Both the position numbers and the translations under genes were made by a program. This document shows positions 63,581-64,000 of a stretch of DNA of 64,000 nt, one piece after another (the stretch's first letter is position 1; the number at the start of each line of letters is the position of its first letter). The stretch is from Adineta vaga (lineage: Eukaryota; Animalia; Rotifera). Below the pieces are notes generated by a model. That model searched no databases. It saw only the letters and a program-made list of their open reading frames with translations, and was not told where the DNA came from. The DNA lies in contig CP075494.1 in NCBI GenBank assembly GCA_021613535.1, positions 2,604,001 through 2,668,000 of the forward strand. Reading direction: 5' to 3'.

Positions 63581-64000
63581 ATGTTTTTTCTACTTCTTAT
63601 TGTTCTACTAATAGTATTTTTCGTATACATTAAACTTAAATATTTTACACTGTATGGCCCAATACCAGGTAGATCACCACAGTTTCTTGTTGGTAATGTC
63701 CTTCAGACTGGTCTAAGCACTGGTAGATATATAGGAGACGTTGCAAAAGAATTTCAAGATAAATATGGTGATACTTTTCATATGTGGTTTGCACTTATAC
63801 ATGTCATTTTTGTATGTAATCCGGATGATGTTCAACATGTGTTCACACATCGGCATATTTATGAACAAGGTGATCTACATGCATCCCAACATCGAGTTGT
63901 TTTCAATGATGCATTGATGTGTAATATAGGATCCAAATATAAACGTCATGCATCTGTTGTTCTTCCTCTGTTCCGTCGTGGAAGAATCTTGAACAATTAT
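63581..64000 (+). CDS. Cytochrome P450, N-terminal part (runs off the window)
   Basis: MFFLLLIVLLIVFF anchor, GPIPG..LVGN hinge, KYGDTF..W, VCNPDDVQHVF and KYKRHASVVLPLF. Confidence 0.8.
   Translation, partial: MFFLLLIVLLIVFFVYIKLKYFTLYGPIPGRSPQFLVGNVLQTGLSTGRYIGDVAKEFQDKYGDTFHMWFALIHVIFVCNPDDVQHVFTHRHIYEQGDLHASQHRVVFNDALMCNIGSKYKRHASVVLPLFRRGRILNNY

Overview
AT-rich, intron-containing eukaryotic DNA, most likely from a bdelloid rotifer. This is inferred from the TGTGGG telomere-type repeats, the expanded NHL, FG-GAP and Kelch proteins, an NHL-7TM receptor and the short GT-AG introns. Apparently intact genes: a multi-exon gene with three tandem 2-TM Cys-rich modules plus an FG-GAP propeller (10303-20209), an NHL/3x-repeat/7TM GPCR (57167-46140), Kelch, NHL, TMEM272-like and P450 genes, and a tRNA-Glu. 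Mobile DNA: a full-length CACTA/EnSpm-type element (23431-30648, TA TSD), a 3'-truncated LINE, a mariner relic, a solo LTR and several MITEs. The most striking unexplained structure is about 20 dispersed units of the form (TTGAGGG)(TGTGGG)n - unique 12-45 nt spacer - (CCCACA)n(CCCTCAA). They always have the G-arm on the left, as in a head-to-head telomere fusion. They sit exactly where genes and transposons are cut off, lie in introns of intact genes, and tile a 'shattered' mosaic of unrelated gene fragments at 57.8-60.1 kb. I interpret them, as inference, as scars of double-strand-break repair in which broken ends receive telomeric repeats and are rejoined. One spacer is shared by two units, suggesting old scars can template new ones.
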